Positions 27,644-36,573 of a stretch of 64,000 nucleotides of DNA are shown here, piece by piece. Numbering within the stretch: position 1 is the first letter of the stretch; each line of letters begins with the position of its first letter. The position numbers were made by a program, and so were the translations under genes. The DNA comes from a virus, in the IMG/VR virus record IMGVR_UViG_3300042923_000607, positions 1 through 64,000 of that record; one strand, written 5' to 3'. The notes under the pieces were generated by a model, which was given only the letters and a program-made list of their open reading frames with translations, had not been told where the DNA came from and ran no database searches.

Positions 27644-27847
27644 TTATTTATATTTAGCTATTTCTTCAATTTGACTTCTTATCTTTTCAAGCCTTTCAAC
27701 ATTATTAAGATGTTCATAATATTCCATGGTTCCATAGTAACTATTAGCTAAGCTTCTTTCCTCTGTTTCTCTACTTATAAATGCGCTCCTTATTAAACCC
27801 AAATCTTTCTCATAAACTTTAATAGTATGAGTAGTATAATCAGCCAT
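27644..27847 (-). CDS. hypothetical protein
   Basis: ORF with AAAGGAG RBS after site 27865. Confidence 0.7.
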   Translation of the reverse strand: MADYTTHTIKVYEKDLGLIRSAFISRETEERSLANSYYGTMEYYEHLNNVERLEKIRSQIEEIAKYK

Positions 27848-27893
27848 ATTTTACTCCTTTCTATAGCAAATAGTATGTTTATTGTGTTACCAT

Positions 27894-28079
27894 TCAATTC
27901 TTAAGAGGTGCAGCATAATCTCCATAATAATCAATAATCGCATTCATCACCTTTTGATATGCTTTATATTCCTCGCTCTCAACTCTGTTTCCATTATCAT
28001 TTTGAAGTCCAATTATTGTACAGAGTATACCATCTCTAACCCTCTGCCCTCCGGGCTTTCTTTCTTGGATATAATCCAT
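27894..28079 (-). CDS. hypothetical protein
   Basis: ORF between sites 27865 and 28100. Confidence 0.65.
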   Translation of the reverse strand: MDYIQERKPGGQRVRDGILCTIIGLQNDNGNRVESEEYKAYQKVMNAIIDYYGDYAAPLKN

Positions 28080-28117
28080 CTGTAAATCCCCCTTTCTAGG
28101 TAAAACAATCTTTTTAT

Positions 28118-28345
28118 CTATTTTTTATATTTTGGCTTTATTGGGTAATTACCACTTTTCTTCTTTGCCTGACGAGAACAAAATTCATTACAAAATACTA
28201 TTCCTCTTGATCTATTTTCGTCTCTAACCCCATACAATCCATTCTTATTACAAATTTCTATAAGATCTTTAGAATTCTCTGGCTTACAATTGATTTCAAT
28301 TATGTGCTGTTTCCCGCAATTAAAGCATATTAAAGCATATTTCAT
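28118..28345 (-). CDS. zinc-finger hypothetical protein
   Basis: CFNC...FCNEFC; ATG at 28345 with GAAAGGA RBS, between sites 28100 and 28364. Confidence 0.7.
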   Translation of the reverse strand: MKYALICFNCGKQHIIEINCKPENSKDLIEICNKNGLYGVRDENRSRGIVFCNEFCSRQAKKKSGNYPIKPKYKK

Positions 28346-28391
28346 TAAAATAATCCTTTCTGTTCCAAATGACTGTTTTATATTGTTTCTA

Positions 28392-28715
28392 TTATCTCTC
28401 AACACCATTCCATGTAAGACTAACATTACAAAGTGGACACTTTTCTTCGCCATATGTAAGTTGATGTTTATTCCCTACTGCTTCACACACAGGACATATA
28501 TGTTTAACATATCTTGGTTGTATTGAATAGTAAAGAGTTGTTGGTTTGATTTTGACTGTTCTTTTATATGATAATTTTTCGTCTGCAACTTCTCCTTCTA
28601 TGACCGTTGGTTGATAGTCTAATTCATCATACAAATATCTAGTTCTCATTCCATCTGTTTCAAGTAACCAATTAGGGGTATTCCCTTTCATTCTATCAGC
28701 ATCTATTAATCTCAT
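28392..28715 (-). CDS. MRLIDAD-type phage hypothetical protein with zinc ribbon
   Basis: MRLIDAD...QPTV N-terminus; CPVC...CPLC. Confidence 0.75.
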   Translation of the reverse strand: MRLIDADRMKGNTPNWLLETDGMRTRYLYDELDYQPTVIEGEVADEKLSYKRTVKIKPTTLYYSIQPRYVKHICPVCEAVGNKHQLTYGEEKCPLCNVSLTWNGVER

Positions 28716-28967
28716 ATTATTCTATCCTTTCTACAGACCAATTTCCGATTTTCATCAATAATTTACATTATCACTAATAGAATGTACTCTAAACTTTTCA
28801 TCTGCTTCTGCAATTTTTGAAGCTTCTACAAAGTTTTCTGCTTCAATAATCCATCCACAGGATGCCCATCTTCCCTCTACATATGACATACCACTTACAT
28901 AAAAATGTTTATTATTATCCACGCTTTTATCTCCTCTCTTTTCTGCTCCAAATCAGCATTTTATCTG

Positions 28968-29351
28968 TTAATCTATATACTCCACTGTTATCCTGACCTT
29001 GTGTCCAATAAAAATATCAAATATTGAATCGACATCTACGCTATCACCTTCTTCATTAGTTATAGCGATATAATTTACATTATCGTCATAGCATTGTTCG
29101 TTATCATAAATTGACAATGTTCCTTCAATAGCTTTATTTTCTACTTCACGACTAATTATATAAATTTCGTGTCTTGTAGGTAAATTTTCTTTTATACACT
29201 TTTCGTTCAATTCAACATAAGAACTTACCTCATTTTCTGCTAAAGATTTACCTTGTATATCTGTGCCAAACCATTGTTCGATTGGAAAGTGACCTGTATT
29301 TACTCCATTCTCAGTGCAAATGTGTCTAACCCCATATTCGGTATGTTTCAT
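28968..29351 (-). CDS. hypothetical protein
   Basis: ORF with AAAGGAG RBS between sites 28947 and 29382. Confidence 0.7.
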   Translation of the reverse strand: MKHTEYGVRHICTENGVNTGHFPIEQWFGTDIQGKSLAENEVSSYVELNEKCIKENLPTRHEIYIISREVENKAIEGTLSIYDNEQCYDDNVNYIAITNEEGDSVDVDSIFDIFIGHKVRITVEYID

Positions 29352-29404
29352 ATTATTCTCCTTTCGTCACTCTTAGTAACTATCAAATAAGTATTTGCTG
29401 CATA

Positions 29405-29803
29405 TTACTCTGAAAAACAATCAATCTCTGCATATCCAAAAGTGTTATCATATCCTTCTCTATCTGTATAAGTTGTATTTTCTACAAATAATCTAGAATT
29501 ATTGATTCCAACTTTCAATCCTGATTTTTTAACGTCCAATATTGAGTTTTCAATTTCTTTAACTCTTATTCCTGCGTCAAATCTTTCTGAATAAAAATAG
29601 TTTTTTTGACTTTTAACTTCTTCAATAAAATCAAATGTGTCATTGTCTTTATGAAATATAACCACCCATTTTTCACTGCCATAAGCAATACACGCCTTAG
29701 CGGAAACTATAATTGCTACTATTTCACTATCCACATAATCTCTGTTAATTAAAATATCTTTCATATCTTCTTCGGTAAGTCTAACTCTTGTGTTAAATCC
29801 CAT
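29405..29803 (-). CDS. hypothetical protein
   Basis: ORF with GGAGG RBS. Confidence 0.7.
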   Translation of the reverse strand: MGFNTRVRLTEEDMKDILINRDYVDSEIVAIIVSAKACIAYGSEKWVVIFHKDNDTFDFIEEVKSQKNYFYSERFDAGIRVKEIENSILDVKKSGLKVGINNSRLFVENTTYTDREGYDNTFGYAEIDCFSE

Positions 29804-29842
29804 TTGTTTAATCCTCCATATTCTTAATACTGTCCTAATTAT

Positions 29843-30382
29843 TTATTTTATAATCCTATGTATATTTGATGTAAAGAGCATTTTAATCATTTTATGTCCT
29901 ATATTTTTATTGTATTTATTGTTCATATTATGAATAATCATTTCTGTTATCTTATCCATAAACTCATTAGGAAGTACATCCGTTTTGATGTTATTACATA
30001 CCTTACAAGCACATTGCAAATTGTCAATTTCGTTTGTACCGCCTTTAGCTAAGGGAATAATGTGATCAACGGTAAATTCTTCATAATCAACAAATTTACC
30101 ACATAGGCAGCAATGGCCTTTTGACTTCCGGTAAACCTCTTTTCTTTTATCGGTATCAAATCTAATTCTTTTACATATTTTTTGTCCTTGTTCGTCAGTT
30201 CCTCCTAAATCTTGAATTATAAAACCATTAAGTTTCTTTGTTGCTCTTTTTAGCTCTCCGCTTGCTTGTTCTTTACTTTTAAACTTAAACGAATCATTAA
30301 AGTCAGCAACTTTTACTATCTTATTTGTTTCTGTTTTTGAATAGTAATAAGTTCCATTTGTCAATACATACATTTTCACCAT
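29843..30382 (-). CDS. HNH endonuclease
   Basis: CCLCG...TVDHIIPLAKGGTN...NLQCACKVCNNIK. Confidence 0.9.
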   Translation of the reverse strand: MVKMYVLTNGTYYYSKTETNKIVKVADFNDSFKFKSKEQASGELKRATKKLNGFIIQDLGGTDEQGQKICKRIRFDTDKRKEVYRKSKGHCCLCGKFVDYEEFTVDHIIPLAKGGTNEIDNLQCACKVCNNIKTDVLPNEFMDKITEMIIHNMNNKYNKNIGHKMIKMLFTSNIHRIIK

Positions 30383-30399
30383 TCCTTTCTATGTTTTAT

Positions 30400-30936
30400 T
30401 TATTTACTAATTAACCATATTAACATTTCTTTGCTTACTTTCTCTTTAGCTTCATTTAAATTACTGTTTACACAAAATATCATCATTGACCGGATGTGTG
30501 CCATTACATTGTTTCTCATTGATTCAGTTTTCTTTTGATTTGCAAAATCCATTATCCTTTTAGGTGATACTCTGGTAAAGTCATTAGTGCCCAACCCCTC
30601 TAAAAAGTTTCCGCAGCTTGATTTATATGTTGATCTGCTCTGTTCTGGTAATGAATCTAAAAACCTGGTCATATAATCCGCATTAGACTTGCTTAATTTA
30701 AAGGTTTTAACTCTCTTCTGCATTAACTCTTCACTAGGTTTTAAATCAAAGTACACTAGATGATTCGTAGGTAATTCTAATTCATAAATACGGTTCTTAA
30801 TATTTTGCTTTGTTGTTACAACTGAAGGATTCAATCCAAGGGATTTGCAAATATCTGGCAGCGTTCTAGCGTTTGCAACGGATGTTATAAATAAATCCTT
30901 ATCTACTTCTGTACGACCAATTTTTACTGTAGCCAT
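30400..30936 (-). CDS. DNA-binding protein with integrase core-binding (SAM-like) C-terminal domain
   Basis: SRSTYKSSCGNFL...VSPKRIMDF...ESMRNNVMAHIRSMMIF helical pattern; HTH-like N-terminus. Confidence 0.55.
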   Translation of the reverse strand: MATVKIGRTEVDKDLFITSVANARTLPDICKSLGLNPSVVTTKQNIKNRIYELELPTNHLVYFDLKPSEELMQKRVKTFKLSKSNADYMTRFLDSLPEQSRSTYKSSCGNFLEGLGTNDFTRVSPKRIMDFANQKKTESMRNNVMAHIRSMMIFCVNSNLNEAKEKVSKEMLIWLISK

Positions 30937-30969
30937 GTTATCATCTCCTTTATAATATGTTACATTTGT

Positions 30970-31185
30970 TTATTTGTTTAATAATCCATTACGATAATAA
31001 TCAAATTCATTAGTATGAAAGGTTGCTACTATTTTATCGTTTTCATCTTTTTCTATATATGTGTCAAAACCTTTAAAAAACAATGAATGATTTTTATTAT
31101 CAATTATTCTTGCAATATCAATAGGAACTCCATAATATTCTCTGTCTCTTATATCTTTTAAATTAATTTTATCCATAACAGGCAC
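30970..31185 (-). CDS. hypothetical protein
   Basis: ORF after site 31215. Confidence 0.6.
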   Translation of the reverse strand: MPVMDKINLKDIRDREYYGVPIDIARIIDNKNHSLFFKGFDTYIEKDENDKIVATFHTNEFDYYRNGLLNK

Positions 31186-31239
31186 TTCCTTTCTGTTTTT
31201 TTATTTACTTCTGCACCAAAGAATTGTTTCATATGGTTC

Positions 31240-31425
31240 TTATCTTATATTTTTGTGAGTATAAAATACATCAATACCACGGGTACTCTTTCCAAAGAAT
31301 TTTAAAAACTTTTCTGTGTTGGCTACATTAGTTTCTTCTATTATCTTATCAACGGTAAATGTATATCCATCTTTAGCATGAAGAATATCTCCTATTTTTA
31401 CTTTTAAAGCTTTGTTATATGTCAT
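31240..31425 (-). CDS. hypothetical protein
   Basis: ORF with AAGGAG RBS between sites 31215 and 31452. Confidence 0.7.
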   Translation of the reverse strand: MTYNKALKVKIGDILHAKDGYTFTVDKIIEETNVANTEKFLKFFGKSTRGIDVFYTHKNIR

Positions 31426-31684
31426 ATAACTCCTTCCTTTCTATTAATACAGTAAAACTACACATTTATTTGTGTTTGCTACCTGCACCTAATCTTATAT
31501 AGAAGTATTCTTGATTCATTTCTTCTATATCATCTGGTGTATATATAACTCCTGTTGATAAGTCTAATAAAACTTTCTTCTTTGCTTTTAACAAATGTCT
31601 AACTAAATAATCCTTGGATATTGTGTCCATACTATACCTCTTTCCTTGCCTTTTTAGGCTGTTTAATTGTTAATAGTTATATTT

Positions 31685-31741
31685 GCTACATATAGGAGTT
31701 ATACGCTCCTATTTCGTCTATTTAAGACTCATCAGTGCAGC
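31685..31741 (-). ncRNA. Type I hammerhead ribozyme
   Basis: GCUGCA-CUGAUGA-GUCU(UAAAU)AGAC-GAAA-UAGGAG(CGUAUAA)CUCCUA-UA-UGUAGC: intact core and three stems. Confidence 0.92.
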
Positions 31742-31761
31742 TTATTTATCACATAAAGTGT

Positions 31762-32196
31762 TCAATTTATCTTAATCTTTTCATCCTTATTAATAATGTA
31801 ACATGAATTGTCTTTGTCTCTAAATATTTGCCACTTATCTTCTTCGTTGTTACACCTGACTTTTATCTGCTGATCTCCTTCGGTATATATTCCAATTACC
31901 TTTACCCCATACAATGAAGACATAACTACTTGCTTTAATACTTCAATATCAATTCTACCACAACCATTTAACCACTCATTTACAATTGTATTATCCTCAA
32001 CTATAGGAATAATTTTACCCCAGATTTTAGAAGTTTCCTCTCCGATTTCTTGAAGTGATTTTATCTGCTGTTGATTTTTTTCTTCGTCTACCGTATAAGA
32101 TACTACTGCATGTGAAAGTAAATTATAAATACTATGCCACCTTTTAATCTCTTCATATAAAGATAATAACTCTTTGTAATTTTCTTGTTTAATCAT
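31762..32196 (-). CDS. hypothetical protein
   Basis: ORF with AGGAGG RBS after site 32222. Confidence 0.7.
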   Translation of the reverse strand: MIKQENYKELLSLYEEIKRWHSIYNLLSHAVVSYTVDEEKNQQQIKSLQEIGEETSKIWGKIIPIVEDNTIVNEWLNGCGRIDIEVLKQVVMSSLYGVKVIGIYTEGDQQIKVRCNNEEDKWQIFRDKDNSCYIINKDEKIKIN

Positions 32197-32241
32197 GTTT
32201 TCTTCCTCCTGATTTTTCACTATAGAATCAATAATTGGTTC

Positions 32242-32514
32242 TCATATTAATTCTTTAATTCTTTCTTTCACTTTATGTAGTTCCCAAAACCCTTTGTCAA
32301 GTAACTGATTGTCTTTCCATATAGAGAAGCCGTCAATACAGTTGTTATTGAATTTGATTACATATAATCCATCTATTTCAAATTTCGTATATTGCATATT
32401 ACCATTTAAAATTCTATAAATCTCTTGCCCATATATTTGATAATACTTATTCCTTTTTGAATCTTCATAAAAGGTAACATCTCCTTTTATTTCAGTAACT
32501 TGCAAATGCTTCAC
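32242..32514 (-). CDS. hypothetical protein
   Basis: ORF in arm orientation. Confidence 0.6.
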   Translation of the reverse strand: MKHLQVTEIKGDVTFYEDSKRNKYYQIYGQEIYRILNGNMQYTKFEIDGLYVIKFNNNCIDGFSIWKDNQLLDKGFWELHKVKERIKELI

Positions 32515-32565
32515 CCCCTTCAGTTCTTTGTGTAATTATACTATAAATATATAATTGTTACAATC

Positions 32566-32844
32566 TTACATTTCTTCTTTAATAGCCATAAATCCAAAAC
32601 ATATAGGTAAAAGAAATACCAGAGCTGTAGGATCTTTTAGTATTAGACTTATTACTGTTAAGAGTACTAGTAGACTAAGGCCTCCGGCAATATGTTTTGC
32701 TCTATAGCTGGTTAATTGATTTACTATTGTATTTAATATTTTTAATCTCTTCTCTCTCTTATGCTGCCTATATATTCTCACTACCTGGTCATATGAATAG
32801 AACTCAATTACATTGCTGTTTCGCTGCATTTGTGCCCCCTTCAC
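32566..32844 (-). CDS. membrane protein
   Basis: Two C-terminal hydrophobic segments. Confidence 0.65.
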   Translation of the reverse strand: MKGAQMQRNSNVIEFYSYDQVVRIYRQHKREKRLKILNTIVNQLTSYRAKHIAGGLSLLVLLTVISLILKDPTALVFLLPICFGFMAIKEEM

Positions 32845-33132
32845 TTTCTATACGTTCCATAACAATGGATATCAATTTGTTCCATGCTTCTTTTTTATTG
32901 TGTTCTTTCTGTTGTTCTGTAAGTTTAATATTTTTATTCATCTGTTTGAATCCTTTCAAAATCTTTATAAAAGAGTACTTTTATGTTGCTTGTGTTTGAT
33001 ATTACTATTAATTATTACATTTAATCCGTACGTCCCAAGATAATTCTATTTCAATCATGCGGCTGTCCTCCTGTTTAAATGTATTATTTACTGTATCAGC
33101 TACTAACATACTTTTAATTCCTTTCCGCCTGT

Positions 33133-33321
33133 TTAGGCTATATAATCCGTATCTGCCATATCAGATATATTTGGTGTTTGTTTTATAGATTCTAACTCTC
33201 TCGTAAAACCACTTTTAATCATAATTGCATACGCTAATATTAAAGCATCGTCCTCATTGAAAGCTGAAGCGTATACTGTCTTAGCGTTCTTAAAAGTTAT
33301 AATATAATGATTGTGTTTCAT
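33133..33321 (-). CDS. hypothetical protein
   Basis: ORF with GAAAGGA RBS after site 33347. Confidence 0.65.
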   Translation of the reverse strand: MKHNHYIITFKNAKTVYASAFNEDDALILAYAIMIKSGFTRELESIKQTPNISDMADTDYIA

Positions 33322-33365
33322 ATTTTATATTCCTTTCTAATAGACTATAAATACATTCTTTTATT

Positions 33366-33659
33366 TTATACAGACATTGTTCCATCTGAATAATCATTCA
33401 CACATTCAAAGTAATCTTGATTACTCTCTCTGCTGTAATATTGTTCATACATACTTGTTTGACAACCTTCATCACCTAAATTGCAATTTCTGTTTATGTG
33501 ATTTGCACAAGTATCGCAATCTTTAATTAATGTATTTTCAATTTCTAAAAATCTATGTTGTTCTATATCTGTTAACTCTATTCCATTTTCTAATTTTATT
33601 TTTAAACTTGTTAATTCACCTATTAAATTTGATTTCTTTTCTATACTTAAACTATACAT
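33366..33659 (-). CDS. hypothetical protein
   Basis: ORF, Cys-containing. Confidence 0.65.
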   Translation of the reverse strand: MYSLSIEKKSNLIGELTSLKIKLENGIELTDIEQHRFLEIENTLIKDCDTCANHINRNCNLGDEGCQTSMYEQYYSRESNQDYFECVNDYSDGTMSV

Positions 33660-33707
33660 TATACCTACTTTCTAACGGTTTTAGTTTACCAATAACTAAG
33701 TAAAATC

Positions 33708-33941
33708 TTAATTTTGTTTGCTTAATTTGTTTATTTGTCTTGTATAATAACCTTTATCTCTTTTATCGTTTGCATGTTCACGACATATCATTAAATATTC
33801 GATATCATTCTCATGAATTGCAGTATGAACATTTTCAATTTTAAGTATTTCATTTAATAATGATATTTTCATTCTGTTAGATGTTTCACTATTCACGGTT
33901 GATACGGTTTTGTATGTTTCTTTTAATACCTTTATATTCAT
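33708..33941 (-). CDS. hypothetical protein
   Basis: ORF with GGAGGT RBS after site 33964. Confidence 0.65.
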   Translation of the reverse strand: MNIKVLKETYKTVSTVNSETSNRMKISLLNEILKIENVHTAIHENDIEYLMICREHANDKRDKGYYTRQINKLSKQN

Positions 33942-34915
33942 GCTTTACACCTCCAAAGTGTGAATAAAATGTTAGTTTTGTTTTGTTTTATCTATCTTTG
34001 TTCGCTTGACTATATGCACTGTATTCAGTATTATCCATGTTTGCATATTCAAAATAATTTGTAAATTGTAAATCGGTCATACTCATAAATTCATCATAAC
34101 AAAAATTATAATACTTTTCATCTTCGCTCATTGCTAAACCCTCCAATATTTGAATTTGTTTACTACGTTTTTTTGTGCCGAATCGTAGTTGCTCCGCCTA
34201 TAAGTTTAAACCTCATATAGTGGTTGGTCAATTGTAAAGCATAAAGACCAATGCTGTTATTATAGGAACTTTGTTTGTCACTCGTCAAAGTCAAGTTTTT
34301 AAAGACTTCAAACCTATAACAATGTAGATAAAATAGCTTGAATTACATTACTGCGTTTAATTGATCAATTTCTCTTTGTCTTGCTTGCCAATGCTCAATA
34401 TTTCTCAGTGTGCTATAGGCAATAATAAATTCCATCAGGCTAGTAAAAATATACTCAACCTCGTTATATGTTGCCTTGATTATGTTTCCATGTCTTTTAA
34501 TATTCTTCATATGTGGGTATCCTTTCCTGTTTCATTTATTAGTTATTCATGCAGACAATACTAATATTTTTCAATTATCAACTACCATTATTAAAGCGTT
34601 TACTATGTCCCGTTTGGCGGTGGTTCGTCATACTCTTGTAACTGTTTAATGTTTGTTATTCTTGTATTATCTGCATTCTATAATTAATAAATGTTTTATT
34701 TAGTGTTTACTGGCTTACACAAACGATTTTCACGTTTTATAGTTACCTGTCAAGATGCTATCTTGTAACCCTTCACTATTCCAGAATGGATTTAATTGTC
34801 ATTGTTCAAGTGCCGATAAATCTTTGAGGACTTATTGTTTACAGGTTGCTATTGCTTAAAACCCATTGTAGGAATTGCACCCACTAACTCGTTGCTAGAG
34901 CCACTATTAAGGTTG

Positions 34916-35101
34916 TTATAAGTACTTCTTTATGTCTATTGTGTCCGATATGTCGGAAAGTCTGGAGCAAAGTATATTCTCTATTTCTTCCTCTATATCC
35001 ACGTTATATGCTAATCTCTGAAACACCTTTGTAGCTTCCTTTACTATTTCGTCCTGTACTTCCTGTGGTAACTGTGACACGTATAAATGACTATTACTCA
35101 T
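34916..35101 (-). CDS. hypothetical protein, first gene of leftward transcript
   Basis: AGGAGGT RBS and promoter at 35151-35179. Confidence 0.75.
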   Translation of the reverse strand: MSNSHLYVSQLPQEVQDEIVKEATKVFQRLAYNVDIEEEIENILCSRLSDISDTIDIKKYL

Positions 35102-35150
35102 TTTGACTACCTCCTATTAAGTTGTTGTTGTATCTCTTATCTATGTATTA

Positions 35151-35179
35151 AGTATAACATACTATGTTGTATATGTCAA
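35151..35179 (-). promoter_or_regulatory. sigmaA promoter overlapped by the 12-bp repeat
   Basis: TTGACA-17nt-TATACT with extended TG; ACATATACAACA (35165-35176) overlaps the -35. Confidence 0.8.
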
Positions 35180-35206
35180 CAACTTTTTAATATATTTTTA
35201 CAACTT

Positions 35207-35422
35207 TTAATATTCTTTTTTCGTATCCCTGTCGACAAGCTTAATCTCAATATCACAGTTTAATGCCTCAACTATGTCTTTCAGTGTCTTGGGAATGAAC
35301 TCATCCTTGCTTAGTAATCTGGAGAAGTTACCTTTTTCCATTCCTATTTGAGTATAGATGTCTTTCTGCTTCAAGTCCTTATCAATGAGTATTGTCTTAA
35401 TCTTCTTTGATATTGAGTCCAT
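35207..35422 (-). CDS. XRE/Cro-like helix-turn-helix regulator
   Basis: IKTILIDKDLKQKDI...GMEKGNFSRLL...LKDIVEALNCDI; own promoter TTGACA-16nt-TATACT at 35494-35521. Confidence 0.85.
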   Translation of the reverse strand: MDSISKKIKTILIDKDLKQKDIYTQIGMEKGNFSRLLSKDEFIPKTLKDIVEALNCDIEIKLVDRDTKKEY

Positions 35423-36544
35423 GCTTTCACCTCTTTATTTTGGTTAAAGTATATTGGTTTGTCGTGTGACTGTCAAGTGTCTATCTACATATAAGTATAC
35501 TACTTTTGCCGGAAATGTCAAGACATTTGTTGTATATATTATTTATTAAGGTATTGATTTAAGCTATGATTATGCTAGAAAGCCGGATTAAACCTATATC
35601 AATTATTTATTAATGTATCTTATTTATATATTAATTGTGGTTATAATTTGATATTCCATAGTCCCAGACTGTTGATATAAGAAATCGTTATACATATGTT
35701 GATGTAATATAAGTTATAGTTATTACGCTAATCAGAATGGATTATACGATTACAGATGAATAACCAATTTCAATAATGATATCATTTCGATATCACTTTA
35801 ATATTATTTCTAATTATGACAAGTAAACTTGGCAAAGTACGAACTATATTGATATCTATCTAATTAATTTTTAAATAATGTCTATGGTTTCAATAACAAG
35901 TAAACTTGACATAAAATATCTTAATCCAGTAAAAGAGAAGTTGATAAAATGATATAAAGTCAACTTTACTCTTCATACATACTCTGGAAGCCTTGATTTT
36001 ACTGCGTTGTATGGGGGTACATTTACAAATTTTGATCAGATTTATTTTACCGGTATGCTGCTATCTGTTCTACTCACACGTCAACTTTGATTTTCAACTC
36101 CGAATAATATTGTATAATATTCTCACACAACTAACAATTACACCTCATGAATACTTCGGGAGATGTTTCGAGCAAATACAGTATATAAAAGGCTTAACAA
36201 ATTTTCAGACAATTAGTTATTGAATAACATATACAACATACAGATTCAAGTAAAGCCAGTAAACATCAATATCCCATCGATTTTTGAGCCTGTAAATAAA
36301 AAATAATAAGATATTTACTTTTTACAGGAAAACTCAGCAAAATCAATGGTTTAAGCTACTATTCTTCCGAAGATACATAATAATGGCCAATATATAAGAA
36401 AAATATTAATAAAATGTTATATATTATAAGATAGATAATCCGGAGAATCCTAGCAATTTCAATGGTTTTGATTGATTATGGATCTATGCTGCCGAAGTAT
36501 CATTGATTACAGTAAATAATTTCACTAAATAACATATAAAACAG

Positions 36545-36573
36545 TTGACACAGATAAAATACCGTGATATAAT
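36545..36573 (+). promoter_or_regulatory. consensus sigmaA promoter driving the right arm
   Basis: TTGACA-17nt-TATAAT with extended TG; 12-bp repeat at 36532-36543 abuts the -35. Confidence 0.88.

Larger units (their letters stand above)
113..33981. repeat. Dispersed 18-bp palindromic junction sites, consensus (A/G)(T/C)(A/C)AAA-N6-TTT(T/G/C)AT, about 30 copies in the left arm
   Basis: Read by eye at starts 113, 7835, 8883, 9554, 10847, 11990, 12219, 12711, 12986, 15863, 17054, 17524, 17996, 18791, 23883, 24663, 24924, 25381, 25896, 26197, 27865, 28100, 28364, 28947, 29382, 31215, 31452, 32222, 33347, 33964; also 45292, 60304, 62023 in the right arm. Confidence 0.85.

Noticed and set aside
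23435-33091. Imperfect junction sites at 23435 (8-bp spacer), 25650 (5-bp), 28737 (7-bp), 33074 (weak arms)
   Set aside because: Right position but off-consensus; left out of the site count as possible decayed copies
113-33981. 18-bp sites as CRISPR repeats, attC sites or terminators
   Set aside because: Spacing is gene-sized and irregular; no long attC hairpin or GTTRRRY core; stems are A/T-only and too weak for intrinsic terminators
174-34564. Plus-strand ORFs in the left arm (e.g. 268..489, 8514..8882, 11440..11733, 27399..27674, 32697..32999)
   Set aside because: Antisense shadows of real minus-strand genes, no RBS, Phe/Ser/Leu-biased composition
35993-36223. 76-aa ORF in the divergence region
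   Set aside because: No RBS, TTG start falls in a repeat motif, upstream of the right-arm promoter
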